A DNA stretch of 64,000 bases. Origin: Felis catus (lineage: Eukaryota). A program made the translations under genes and the position numbers. This document shows, piece after piece, positions 51,140-62,679 of the stretch. The notes under the pieces were generated by a model that saw only the letters and a program-made list of their open reading frames with translations, was not told the origin of the DNA and made no database searches. Each line of letters begins with the position of its first letter. Position 1 is the first letter of the stretch. The stretch lies in NCBI RefSeq assembly GCF_018350175.1, contig NC_058369.1, positions 2,234,001 to 2,298,000 of the forward strand, in the 5' to 3' direction.

Positions 51140-51480
51140 GTGAAATGTGTCCCCCCAAAAAGATCTGTTTGACTCCTAACCCTCCGGTACCTGAGCCTGT
51201 GACCTTACTTGGAAACAGGGTCTCTGCACACTTGACCAGTTAGGACGAGATCATACTGGAGAGTAAGCGGCTGGGGTCCTCACAGACGGGAAAACGAGAA
51301 AGGGACGCACGGAGAGAAAGGCCAAGGCCTGAGGCAGCCGCAGCCGGCAGCAGGGGGGACGGGAGGACCCCTAGCGCCTGCAGAGGGAGCACGGCCCCGC
51401 CACACCCTGATCTCAGACCCAGATCCGGGACGGGCTCTGTCCCTCTGGTTCGGCACCGTGCGAGCCGGTGGCCCTTGCCC
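51140..51480 (-). mobile_element. MaLR (MLT1-like) LTR relic in the opposite orientation
   Basis: AATGTGTCCCCCCAAAA...GTGACCTTACTTGGAAACAGGGTCTCTGCA. Confidence 0.6.
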
Positions 51481-53942
51481 TCGGCCTTCACCCGTGCTCA
51501 CCCCCGGTGGGTCTCAAACCCAAACCCTCGGCTGCCTCCGTTTCCCCTCCAGCTTGCCGACCCCTCCTGCTGGCACACACAGACCACAAGCGGCCCTGAC
51601 CACTTCGGAGCGCCCCCCGGTGCGAGCCCCCCACCCCCACCCCCACCCAGCGGCTCCCCCAGGTCCGCGCGAGGGAGCGCTGACTTCGCTCACGTTAATG
51701 AAGCCTTCGGGTCTGGGTGGCCGACACCGCCCGGAGGGGAACCAGGCGGCCCGAAGACTGGAGAACGCGCCTGCGAAACCTGTACGCTCATAAAGAACGT
51801 GTCCTGGGGCGCCTGGGTGGCGCAGTCGGTTAAGCGTCCGACTTCAGCCAGGTCACGATCTCGCGGTCCGTGGGTTCGAGCCCCGCGTCGGGCTCTGGGC
51901 TGATGGCTCAGAGCCTGGAGCCTGTTTCAGATTCTGTGTCTCCCTCTCTCTCTGCCCCTCCCCCGTTCATGCTCTGTCTCTCTCTGTCCCAAAAATAAAT
52001 TTTAAAAAAAAAATGTTGAAAAAAAAGAACGTGTCCTGAAAATGCACAAAGAATCTTTAAAGCTCAACAATAAAATAAGAGCCCAATTAAAAACGGGCCA
52101 CGGATCCGAAGAGACTCCTCGCCAAAGGTGCAGAGATGGCAAGGAAGCACGCGGACGGATGCCCCCTTTCGCGTGCGGTCGGGGAGGCGAGCTAAAGCCG
52201 CACACGCCTGTTGGAACGCCCCCACCCGGGGACCCAGCAGCAGGTGTCGGGGACCCAGCAGCAGGAGCGCGCACTCACCCCTGGCGCTGTCGCAAACAGG
52301 CCACAGCCACACTCGCTCGAGTCCCGGGGCGGCTTCTCACAGAACCGACCATAGGCTCAGGGAGCTTCCGGAACACAAGGACCTGCGCGTGGATGCGTGT
52401 GGCAGCTTTATTCCTAATTGCCCAAACCGGGAACAATCAAGATGTCTTTCTGGAGGGAAATGGATTCGCAGAGCGTGGGGCAATCAGACAAGGGGACGTT
52501 ATCCGGCACCACAGGGCAAGAAACTATCGCGCCGGGAAAGACATGGAGGAGTCTTTTTTTTTTTTTCTTTAATTTTTAAAAATGTTTATTTTTGAGAAAA
52601 AGACACGTACAGAGCGTGAGCAGGGGAGGGGCAGAGAGAGAGGGAGACACAGAGTCCCAAGCAGGCCCCCAGGTTCTGAGCTGTCGGCCCGGAGCCAGAG
52701 GCAGGGCTCCAACCGGGGAAGGTGAGATCACGACCTGAGCCAAAGTCCAATGCTTAACGGACTGAGCCCCCCAGGCAGCCCTTGTTTTATGTTTTTAATG
52801 TTTATTTATTTTGAGAGAGAGAAGCCCAAGCAGGCTGCACGCTACCGGTGCAGAGCCTGAGGCAGGGTTCGATCCCACCATCCTGGGATCATGACCTGAG
52901 CCACGATCAAGAATCGAATGCTGGGGGCGCCTGGGTGGCGCAGTCGGTTAAGCGTCCGACTTCAGCCAGGTCACGATCTCGCGGTCCGTGGGTTCGAGCC
53001 CCGCGTCGGGCTCTGGGCTGATGGCTCGGAGCCTGGAGCCTGTTTCCGATTCTGTGTCTCCCTCTCTCTCTGCCCCTCCCCCGTTCATGCTCTGTCTCTC
53101 TCTGTCCCAAAAATAAATAAATGGTGAAAAAAAAAATTAGAAAAAAAAAAAAAAAGAATCGAATGCTGAACTGCCTGAGCCACCCAGCCCCCACCCCCGG
53201 GTAGATTTTAATTTTTTAGAAGTGGTTTTAGATTTATAGAAAATTTGAGCAGAAAGTAGTTTTCCCATATGCCCTACCCGGCCTTTCTTCTATTTATTAA
53301 CATCTTGCATCCTTGGAACGTTTGTTACAGGGGATGAGCCAATATTGGTAGATTATTAATTAGAGTCCACAGTTGGCATTAGGGTTGATATTAGTGCTGT
53401 ATGTACTCCATGGGTCTGGACAGATGTATAATCGCATGTGTCCGTCCTTGTGTCAGAGTAGTTTCACTGCCCCCCCCATCCCTGTCTCCCCCTGCTCGTG
53501 CATCCCCTCCTTCCCACGAACCCCCACAACCACCCATCTGTGTACTGTCCACAGCTTTGCCTTTTCCAGAACGTTGTAGAGTTGGAATTATGTAGGACTT
53601 GCCTTTTGGGCTGGCTTCTTTCACTGAGGGAGATGCATTCAAGATCCCTCCATGTCTGGGGGCCCCTGGGTCTTTCTGTCTCTCAAAAACAAATACACTT
53701 AAAAAAAAAATTTTTTTAATCTAAAAAAATACCACGAGATATCACTTCACAGCCACTAGGATGGTTAGAATCAAAAAGACAAGCAGGAACAGTATCGGCG
53801 ATGATGTGGAGAATTCAGAATCCTCATTCACTGTTCGTGGGAGTGTGAAACAGTATAGCTGCTGTGGAAAAGTCTGGTAGTTACTCAAATGATTAAACAT
53901 AGAGTTTCCGTATGACCCAGCAATTCTACTCCTAGGTATTGT

Positions 53943-53945
<3 letters not shown>

Positions 53946-53981
<36 letters not shown>
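53946..53981. repeat. (CA)n microsatellite within an old L1 fragment
   Basis: Pure CA run of about 18 units. Confidence 0.95.
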
Positions 53982-53983
<2 letters not shown>

Positions 53984-56006
53984 TTATCTGAGTAAATTTT
54001 TTTAACGTTTACTTTTATTTATTTTGAGACAGAGAGTAAGCAGGGGAGGGGCAGAGAGAGGGAGACAGAATCCCAAGCAGACGCCACGCCGTCGGCACAG
54101 AGCCCGATGTGGAGCTCGAACTCACGAACCATAAGATCATGACCCAAGCCAAAATCAAGAATCAGACAACTAACCGACTGAGCCACCCAGGTGCCCGTCT
54201 GAGTACACTTTAAAGATCTTATTGGCTTGGGGCGCCTGGGTGGCTCAGTCGGTTAAGCAGCGACTTCGGCTCAGGTCATGATCCCGCGGTCCGTGAGTTC
54301 GAGCCCCGCGTCAGGCTCTGGGCTGATGGCTCGGAGCCTGGAGCCTGTTTCCGATTCTGTGTCTCCCTCTCTCTCTGCCCCTCCCCCGTTCATGCTCTGT
54401 CTCTCTCTGTCCCAAAAATAAAAATAAACGTTGAAAAAAAAAAATTAAAAAAAAAAAAAAAAAAAGAAGCCGGGGCGCCGTGGGGGCTCAGCTAGTTGGG
54501 CATCGGACTTCGGCTCAGGTCACCATCTCACAGTTCGTGGGTTCAAGCCCCGCGTCGGGCTCTGTGCTGACAGCCTGGAGCTTGCTGCCGATTCTGTGTC
54601 TCCCTGTCTCTCTGCTCCCCTGTTCATGCTCTCTCTCTCTCTCTCTCTCGAAAATAAACATTAAAAAAAAACTTTTTAAAATAAATAAACATTAAAAAAA
54701 AAAAAAAAGAAGCCTGGTGAATAATTTGAACAGCCATACAGGTGATGGCTGACTCAACGCTTCCAGGTGACCATGAACTTGAGAGTGATGGTGCTTTCAA
54801 GTATTGGCCAAACTGGGTAAAAACGGCTCTTCTCAGGCCCTGCAGGCCGCTCCAAGGACAATCGGGCAGTTTTTATCACAATTTGAAAGGTACACACTAA
54901 TTGTCTCCTGGGGCTTAAGGAACACACATTTGTACGGGCAGAGACGGGACGATCCATACAAGCGATTGGAGGTTTCGGGGGCTTTCAAGGGGCTCAACCA
55001 AGTGGTTAGGGGATTGGTGTGGAAGGAGACCCACTTTTCAGTGTATAATTTTGGGGGGCCATACTTTGCCCCATTTTCTCAAGGAGAATACGCTCACACA
55101 GCTGCACAAGTCATGGAGGTGTCCCACAGGAACTGAAATTTGCAAACACGGAGCTCCCCGAAAGTGGAGTCGCCTCACTGGGCAGTTCCTCTCCTGGACG
55201 GCTCCCGCAGCTGCCCGCAGGATTCAGGAGCAAGGAAAGGCGGTGTGTATAAAAGTAAAAAACAACAACAACAACAAAACAGACTAAAACGCCACCAACA
55301 AAACAGTTCAATAAGTGCTGTATACACCAGGCAGGTCTAAGGAACTAATTTCAGCTTCGCATACAGCTGGTGCTCGACCAAGTGCGATTTTTGCCCTGCA
55401 GGGCGACACTGGCGATGCCTGGAGGCAATGTGGGTGTCAAAAGCAGGTCTATTACCCCCATCTGGTGGGTGGGGGCCAGGGAGGTCCTGAGTTTGAGAAA
55501 CCTTGATGTATAATCCACACTAAATCTGAAAACTCGCGTTGAAGTTCTAGACGCAAGGCTGACAATGAACGTGCGCAGGACTCCATTATGGCAGCTTTTA
55601 AAATCACGCACAAAATATTTCCGTGTATTGTCTAAGGGCACAGACACACACGTTGAAAAACAAAACAAAACCCCATATAAACATGGACGACAAGGTTACA
55701 TGTCAAATTAGAAACGGCTCCCTCTGGGGAGAGAGGATAGCTGTACTGTTTTTATTTTTTGTGTACTGTTTTTCTGTACAAATATTTGCAGCAAATACGG
55801 GTACCTGTTAAAATTACATATTACTTTTGTGCTTTTGTTTAAATTACTTCGTGAAAAAGGCAAACATACAAATGGTCTAACTGCTTCGTTGAGATCAAGG
55901 GAATAACATCTCTCCATGAAAATTCATCAGTCACAAAATAACGTTAACGTTAATAACGATACACGCCTGGTAAATGTCTACTCTATGCCAGGCACTCTTC
56001 TCCCAT

Positions 56007-56557
56007 TGTTAGGAGCCAAGCTCCTAGGCCCTATGGAATGAGAGTTGGCGCAAAGAACCACACGGCACTCCGACGTCGGCAGAGAGTCTTTACTGGTGCA
56101 CCAGGGCTCCCCAGTGTTGGAAAGCGGGAGAGCCCCGATAAACGGGGTCACAGGTCTTTTATGCTATTTTGAGTCTTATTTGCATACAGGCTGGTGGTAG
56201 GCTCTCTGCTCGGTGATGGTTAGGGTTGTGGGTAGTTTCGTCCCGGGGAAGCTTGGGAAATGAAGTTTCTTTTGGCTGATGCAACTTGGAGCCCGGGCTG
56301 CGAAGCGGCTAGGGACCTTTCGGTTAGGGTTGGGCGCGTAAGCAAGATTACTATGGTTGGGCGCGTAAGCAAGATTACAGAAGCGAGAGGAAAGCGGTTA
56401 TCTATGTAGCAGCCTGTACAGCTCCCCCGGTGTCCAGATGTCTAACCGCAGAAATCCTGTTTGTTAACTAGTGGGAGTACAGGCTCTGCGAGTGAGGCGT
56501 TTACAAAGTTGAAGGTAGGGTGGGGGTGTTTTAGTAAGCTAGACCAGGGGTCTCTCA
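56007..56557 (-). repeat. 3' LTR (551 bp)
   Basis: Preceded by the polypurine tract. Contains a TATA-like CATAAAA (~56157-56163), octamer ATGCAAAT (56178-56185) and polyA signal AGTAAA (56089-56094). Confidence 0.97.
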
Positions 56558-56574
56558 TTCCCCCATTTTCTTTT
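56558..56574 (-). other. Polypurine tract
   Basis: AAAAGAAAATGGGGGAA immediately before the 3' LTR. Confidence 0.9.
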
Positions 56575-56592
56575 GGCATCGAATGAAACCTT

Positions 56593-57085
56593 TCATTCAA
56601 TTGTATCTGGCCTTTCTGCATCAAATTGTCTTAGTTGGTGGTACTGTTGGGTTAGAACCAAGGCCTGGATGACAGAGAGTCTTTCTCTTATGAACTGTAC
56701 CAAGTGGTTAAGGATGCAGGGTCCGAACATCAGTATTAATAGTAGGAGTATTAAGGGGCCCATGAGGGAGGAGACTAAAGTGGTAAACCAGGGGGATTTG
56801 TTATACTACCCCTCAAACCAGCCTTGCTGAGATTCGAACAGCTTTTGCCTTTGTTTGAGTCTCTCCCTCAGCTTGGCCATGCTATCCCTTATTATCCCTG
56901 TGTGATCAGCATAGAAGCAGCACTCTTCTTTGAGGGCAGCACATAACCCGCCTTCTTGTAAGATCAACAGGTCAAGTCAAGGTGTAAACCTGATGTGGGT
57001 TCCCCTCTTTGACAATTTTAGCTCCAATTCCCGCCCCCAAGCTTGTGAGGACCCACAGAAAGACCATTCCCGCTGGGGGTTTCAT
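56593..57085 (-). pseudogene. env: env remnant: signal peptide and start of SU fused out of frame to the C-terminal part of TM
   Basis: [37 protein letters not shown] (57085-56972), then in another frame [27 protein letters not shown]...[14 protein letters not shown]...[18 protein letters not shown]. Confidence 0.93.
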
Positions 57086-57119
57086 TTTGGGTTCGTGCAG
57101 GGACAGGGTGGATTAGCAG

Positions 57120-60100
57120 TCAGACACGGGAGAGTCTTATCTTAAGAGGGTTCTCCGAACGGTGGAGCTTCCAGGTTTTGGGAGTTTCTGGTCCAGGGGT
57201 TTTTGGGGCTGCTTTGGCGTGCGATGCGTGAATCCAGGCGGCAATCCCGTCAACCTTTATGGCGGTGGGCGTGGTCAGCAGGACGATGTAAGGTCCCTTC
57301 CAACGAGGCTCCAATCCTTGAGAGCGGTGCCGCCGGACGTACACGGAGTCTCCTACCTGAAATGGGTGGCTAGTTTGTGGATGTCCTGGCCGATACAGTT
57401 CGGCCAGGGGTGTCCAGATTTGGGCCTGCACCGCTTGCAGCCCTTTTAGTCGGGCTTGTAAATCAGTCTTAGGATCGGAGGGGGAGAAGGAATTGAGCAA
57501 GGTTGACAAAGGGGGGGGGGTCCCCCATAAAGGATTTCATATGGGGTGAGCCCGAAACGGTTGGGTGTATTTCTGGCTCTTAACAAGGCCAGAGATAGGA
57601 GGCGTCTCCAATCTTTTAAGCCAGTCTCTAAGGTCAATTTAGTAAGGGTCTCTTTTATTGTTCTATTCATTCTTTTTACCTGTCCTGAGCTCTGGGGCCT
57701 ATATGCACAGTGTAATTTCCAATTAATCCCCAGTGTCCTGGCGAGCCCCTGACTTACCTGGGAAACGAAGGCCGGCCCGTTATCTGACCCGATTACCTTG
57801 GGAAGTCCAAATCTGGGGAAGATTTCTTCTAAAATCTTCTTGGCTACCACGTGTGCCGTTTCTTGTCGGGTGGGGTAGGCTTCTACCCATCCTGAAAAGG
57901 TGTCTACAAACACTAATAGGTACTTATACCCCGCATAGTGAGGCTTTACTTCAGTAAAATCTATTTCCCAATAGACTCCTGGGCGGTTACCACGAGTCCG
58001 TTTTCCTTCCGGCACTCGGGTAGCCCCAGCGTTTACCTGTTGACAGACCTTACAGGCGGAGGTTACCTGTTCTATGAGGGTGCCTGCCTTAGGGATTAAG
58101 AAGTCAGTTTTTTCAATCAGTAACTTCAGCTTCTGATTACTTAAATGTGTCCAGGCGTGCATTTGTTGGATCATTGCCAGGGCTTCCTTTTGGGGAAGGA
58201 CTATCTTTCCTTCTTTTTCCCAGTCTTTAGTGTCCTGATTCAGTACAGCCCCTATGGCCTTTGCCTCTTCCTGGTCATCTGGGGTGTAAGCATATTTGTT
58301 GGTCGTAAGATCGGTTTCTTCAAGTTTTGTGGTCAAGGTCAACGTTTCTGCCACAGCGACTTGCCTGGCTACTTGGTCTGCCTGTCTATTTCCTGTTGCA
58401 ATTGGGCCTTGTCCTTTCTGATGCCCGGGGCAATGAATTATGGCTACTCTTCGAGGAAGAAAAAGGGCCTTTAATAATGCAATGATTTCAGCTTTGTTTT
58501 TAATTTCTTTTCCTTCTGAGGTTAGTAGGCCCCTTCTTTCATAAATACTCCCATGTGTATGAGCCGTTGCAAAGGCATATCGGCTATCTGTGTATATGTT
58601 AGCCTTTTTCCCTTCGGATAGCTCTAGGGCCTTGGTGAGCGCTATCAGCTCAGCCTTTTGTGCAGACGTGCCAGGAGGTAGTGATTGTGCCCATATGATG
58701 TGGTGGCCATCTATTACCGCTGCTCCCGCCCTCCGGGTACCTGAGTCGATGTAACTGCTCCCGTCCGTATACCAAGAGTGATCCGCATCTGGGAGCTCTT
58801 GATCTTTAAGATCTTCCCGTGTCCCATGGGTCTCAGCCAGTACTTGCCGGCAATCGTGTGCGCTCTGTTGGTCTTCCGGTGCCGGTAGCAACGTGGCAGG
58901 GTTCAAGGTAACCGGAGGTCCAAATTGGATGCGGTCTGTGTCCAGTAGGAGGGCCTGGTAGTGAGTTAGGCGTGCGTTGGTTATCCATCGGTCCGGTGGC
59001 TGCCGCACTACGGCCTCTAAAGCATGCGGGGTGATAACAGTTAGTGGCTGTCCAAGGGTTAATTTGGCAGAGTCCTTGACCAGCATAGCAGTGGCTGCCA
59101 TGATACGAAGACATGGGGGCCACCCCGCTGCCACAGGGTCCAACTTTTTGGACAGGTATGCTACTGGTCTCTTCCAGGGCCCTAGTTTTTGGGTTAGAAC
59201 TCCTTTGGCAATTCCTTGTTTCTCGTCTATGAAGAGGGTAAAGGGCTTGGAGGTGTCTGGCAACCCGAGAGCCGGGGCGGAAAGGAGGGCCTCTTTTAGG
59301 GCCTCAAAGGCTGACTGATGTTTTTCCTGCCAGGTGAAGGGTGCACTCTCTTTCGTGAGGGCATAGAGGGGGGCGGCTAGCTCAGCGAACCCAGGTATCC
59401 ATAAGCGACAGAACCCAGCAGTTCCCAGGAATTCACGTACCTCTCTGGGGCTCTGGGGTGGCGGAATGCGAGCCACAGTTTCTATTCGCCCAGGGGTGAG
59501 CCATCTTTTCCCCTCACTCAGTATGTACCCCAGGTAGGTTACCTTGGTTAGGCAAATCTGGGCCTTCTTGGCGGATGCCCGGTATCCTTTTTCTCCTAAT
59601 TCCCGGAGCAGATGTCTGGTACCTAGTATGCAGGCTTCTTTTGTGGGGGCGGCCAGAAGAAGGTCATCCACATATTGGAGTAGAGTTACTTCTGGATGTT
59701 GAGTCCGGAAGTCAGTTAGGTCCCTGTGAAGAGCCTCATCAAAGAGAGTGGGGGAGTTTTTAAACCCTTGGGGTAAGCGGGTCCAGGTTAATTGGCCTGA
59801 GATTCCTCTTTTAGGGTCCCTCCATTCGAAAGCAAACAGTTCCTGGCTCTGGGGGGCCAAGGGTAAGCAAAAGAATGCATCTTTTAGGTCCAGTACTGTG
59901 TACCAGGTACGGTCTGGGCTCAGGGTGCTGAGCAAGTTATAGGGATTGGGGACCGTAGGATGGATATCCATAGTCCTTTTGTTGACCTCCCTTAAGTCTT
60001 GGACAGGCCTGTAGTCCCGAGTACCAGGTTTTTTTCACTGGTAAGAGAGGGGTATTCCAAGGTGAGCGGCAAGGTCGCAGGACCCCAAGCTCTAGAAATC

Positions 60101-60692
60101 TGGTAATGTGTGGCTGAATGCCCATATGAGCCTCCTTGCTCATGGGATACTGCCTGATAGATACAGGCATTGCCGTGGGCTTTAGGTCAATTATGATTGG
60201 GGCCTGGCATTTGGCTCGACCAAGCCCTCCCGTTTCTGCCCAGGCCTGGGGAAAGTCCTGCAGCCAGGCTTCGAGGAGGTTAGTGGTGACCGGGGTTTCA
60301 AAAAGTCTGTGTTCGTCTTGTAAGGACACAGTTAAGACTTGGATAGGCTGGCCATCCCGGTTTAGCACTTGGGCCCCCGCTTTGGAGAAGTGGATCTGAA
60401 CTCCAAGCTTGGTTAGGAGGTCTCGTCCTAAAAGGGGGTATGGGCATTCGGGTACTACCAGAAAAGAGTGTGTCACTGTCCCTTGCCCTAAATCAACCGT
60501 ACGGTAGTTAGTCCATTTGTGAATTTTTCTTCCTGTCGCTCCTTGAACCCAAGAGGTACGAGAGGACAGAGGCCCGTTTGCCTTGGTTAGGACCGAGTGC
60601 TGAGCTCCTGTGTCCACCAGGAAGGTGGTGGGATGCCCCCCTACAGATAAAGTTAGCCGGGGCTCGGGGGGGGCTCCAGAGCCCTGACATCC
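57120..60692 (-). pseudogene. pol: pro-pol (PR, RT, RNase H, IN) with two homopolymer frameshifts and IN catalytic E>K
   Basis: Motifs [49 protein letters not shown]. Split over ORFs 59937..60617, 57446..59971 and 57120..57509. Confidence 0.94.
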
Positions 60693-60695
60693 CTA
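60640..60695 (-). promoter_or_regulatory. gag-pol UAG read-through signal
   Basis: TAG GGATGTCAGGGCTCTGGAGCCCCCCCCGAGCCC, with protease in frame ([15 protein letters not shown]...LVDTGA). Matches the gammaretroviral stop + spacer + pseudoknot layout. Confidence 0.8.
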
Positions 60696-62235
60696 CTCGC
60701 TCTCTTCGCCCAAGGTGAATACGGGGGTAGATTTCTTTGAGTCTCTAGGGCGCTTAGGGCAGTCTTTGATCCAGTGCCCGCGCTCTTTGCAATAGGCACA
60801 TTGGTCTTTTTCTATTTTGGGCCGCCTCTTCGTTTCCCCTGACTTTCCTGTTCTATTTTCTGTCACTACAGCTGCCAGGATTTTTGTTAGATGTTTATCT
60901 CTCTTTCGATCTCTTCGTTCCTCCCGTGCTTCCTGCTCTTTTGCTAGCCTAGCCTCCTTTTCTTCTGGAGTTTCCCTCTTGTTATATACCTTTTCTGCCT
61001 CCCTAACTAGTTCCTGCAACCCATAGGTTTGAATCCCATCTAGCCGTTGGAGCTTTCCTTTTATATCAGATGCTGCCTGATCTATGAACGACATGGCCAC
61101 GGTAGCCTTATGTTCTGGAGCCTCGGGGTTAAATGGAGTATACATCCGAAACCCCTCTAGAAGCCGTTCCATAAAGGCTGCGGGGCTTTCCTCTTTTCCT
61201 TGAATTATGGTCCTTACCTTGGCCAAATTGGTGGGCCGTTTCCCTGCCCCCTTGAGACCCGCCAACAGAGCCTGGCGATAGATTCGGAGACTCTCCCTAC
61301 CTGGAGCCGTTTCATAGTCCCAGTCCGGGCGGGTGAGGGGAAACCCCTCATCTATTTCGTTGGGGAGCTGGGTTGGAAAGCCTCCAGGAGAACTTGTTGC
61401 CTTTCCTCTGTAGTCAAAAGGACCTGTAGGAGCTGCTGGCAGTCGTCCCAGGTGGGCTGGTGTGTGAGGAGGATAGATTCTATCAGTGAGGTTAGGGCCT
61501 GGGGTTCTTGGGAAAAGGAAGGGTTATGAGTTTTCCAGTTGTAAAGATCAGATGCAGAAAATGGCCAATACTGGATAGTCCGGTTGACAGTCCGGAGAGG
61601 AAACAGGGAAGATTGCCAAGTGGGAGGGCCGTTCGGGTCGTCTGATCGCCGGAGACGGAGGCGGGGGAAGAAATTGGGGAGGGGGAGGAGGAACTGGAGG
61701 CAGGAGGGGAAGTAGGGGCCACCGGGGTCAAGGCGGGGGCCAGGGGCGGATTATAGGGTGGAGGCTGTAAGAGGGGGTTGTGGGGCGGCGAGGACAAAGC
61801 GTCTAGGAGAAGAGGGTCCTTTTGGGACTTATCAGGAAGAACTGGTTTGGGCAGGTCTGAAGCTTGGGTTGAGGCACGGTCTTTTGAGGTTTTCAGGGGA
61901 AGAAGGGTAGATTGAGATAGGGGGCAGGAAGGGAGGAAGGGTTTCATCCATGCCGGAGGATTCCGAATGAGATCCTCCCAAGTGAGGATATAGGCTACTT
62001 GATCTGGATGACCTTGTGGTCTGGGATCCATTACCTTCGTCTTAACCTGTAATATAATAGAGAGGTCAAAAGTCCCGTCCCGGGGCCACCCTACGGATAG
62101 GGTGGGCCACTCTGATGAACAATAAGTTCGCCATCGACCTTTCCGAACCTCAAGGGAAAGATTGTGAGCTCTTGCTTGGACGTCCGAGAAATGAGTCAGA
62201 GTCAAAGTTAGAGGAGTAGTCAATGTCTGTCCCAT
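60693..62235 (-). pseudogene. gag: gag (MA-p12-CA-NC), broken by two frameshifting deletions (~61663, ~61384)
   Basis: MGQTLTTPL start, PPPY late domain, CA N-terminus [23 protein letters not shown] in a second frame, [19 protein letters not shown] knuckle [14 protein letters not shown], amber stop at 60693-60695. Confidence 0.93.
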
Positions 62236-62679
62236 GGCTGTGTCGTCCTGTCCTGTCCACGCGTCCACACCAGCACACTTACACACACATACACAAAGAT
62301 GACTACAATGTCGACACAGACCAGACAACACAGACTAGACAACAACCAAGGAGCCGCGGCCAGTATTCAGATTCAGATGGCAGGGGAGGCCTGCCTACGG
62401 ATTTGGGGAGTCTGACGAACTTGTCAGTTCTCCCCTACAAACACCACCGAGGCGTCCCTCGGGGCTGGGGTGTGAAGGTTCAGGACACGTCTGTCCTCCT
62501 TCAACACTCCTACTGAGGTGGCCGGCCGGCCTCAGAATTCACAGTTCAGAGACAAAACATAGAACACAATACCTGTGTGTAGACAAAGGCACAGAAGTCT
62601 GTCTTCAGTCAGTCCGTCAGTGGCCCGGGCCGGAGAGTCATCCACCGACGGGGCCGGGGTTCTCTTGCCTTCCCTCGGG

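Noticed and set aside
50554..51243. 229-aa and other long ORFs in GC-rich stretches (also 34018-34830, 36583-37502, 52042-52595)
   Set aside because: Pro/Gly/Arg-rich, no domains, overlap repeats or the CpG island; expected by chance at this GC content.
54720..55980. Apparently unique sequence left of the provirus, checked for exons of a neighbouring gene
   Set aside because: No recognisable protein or convincing exon structure was found by eye.
56593..57085. Possibility that this locus encodes a Refrex-1-like soluble Env restriction factor
   Set aside because: The receptor-binding domain is deleted; only a 37-aa leader peptide remains.
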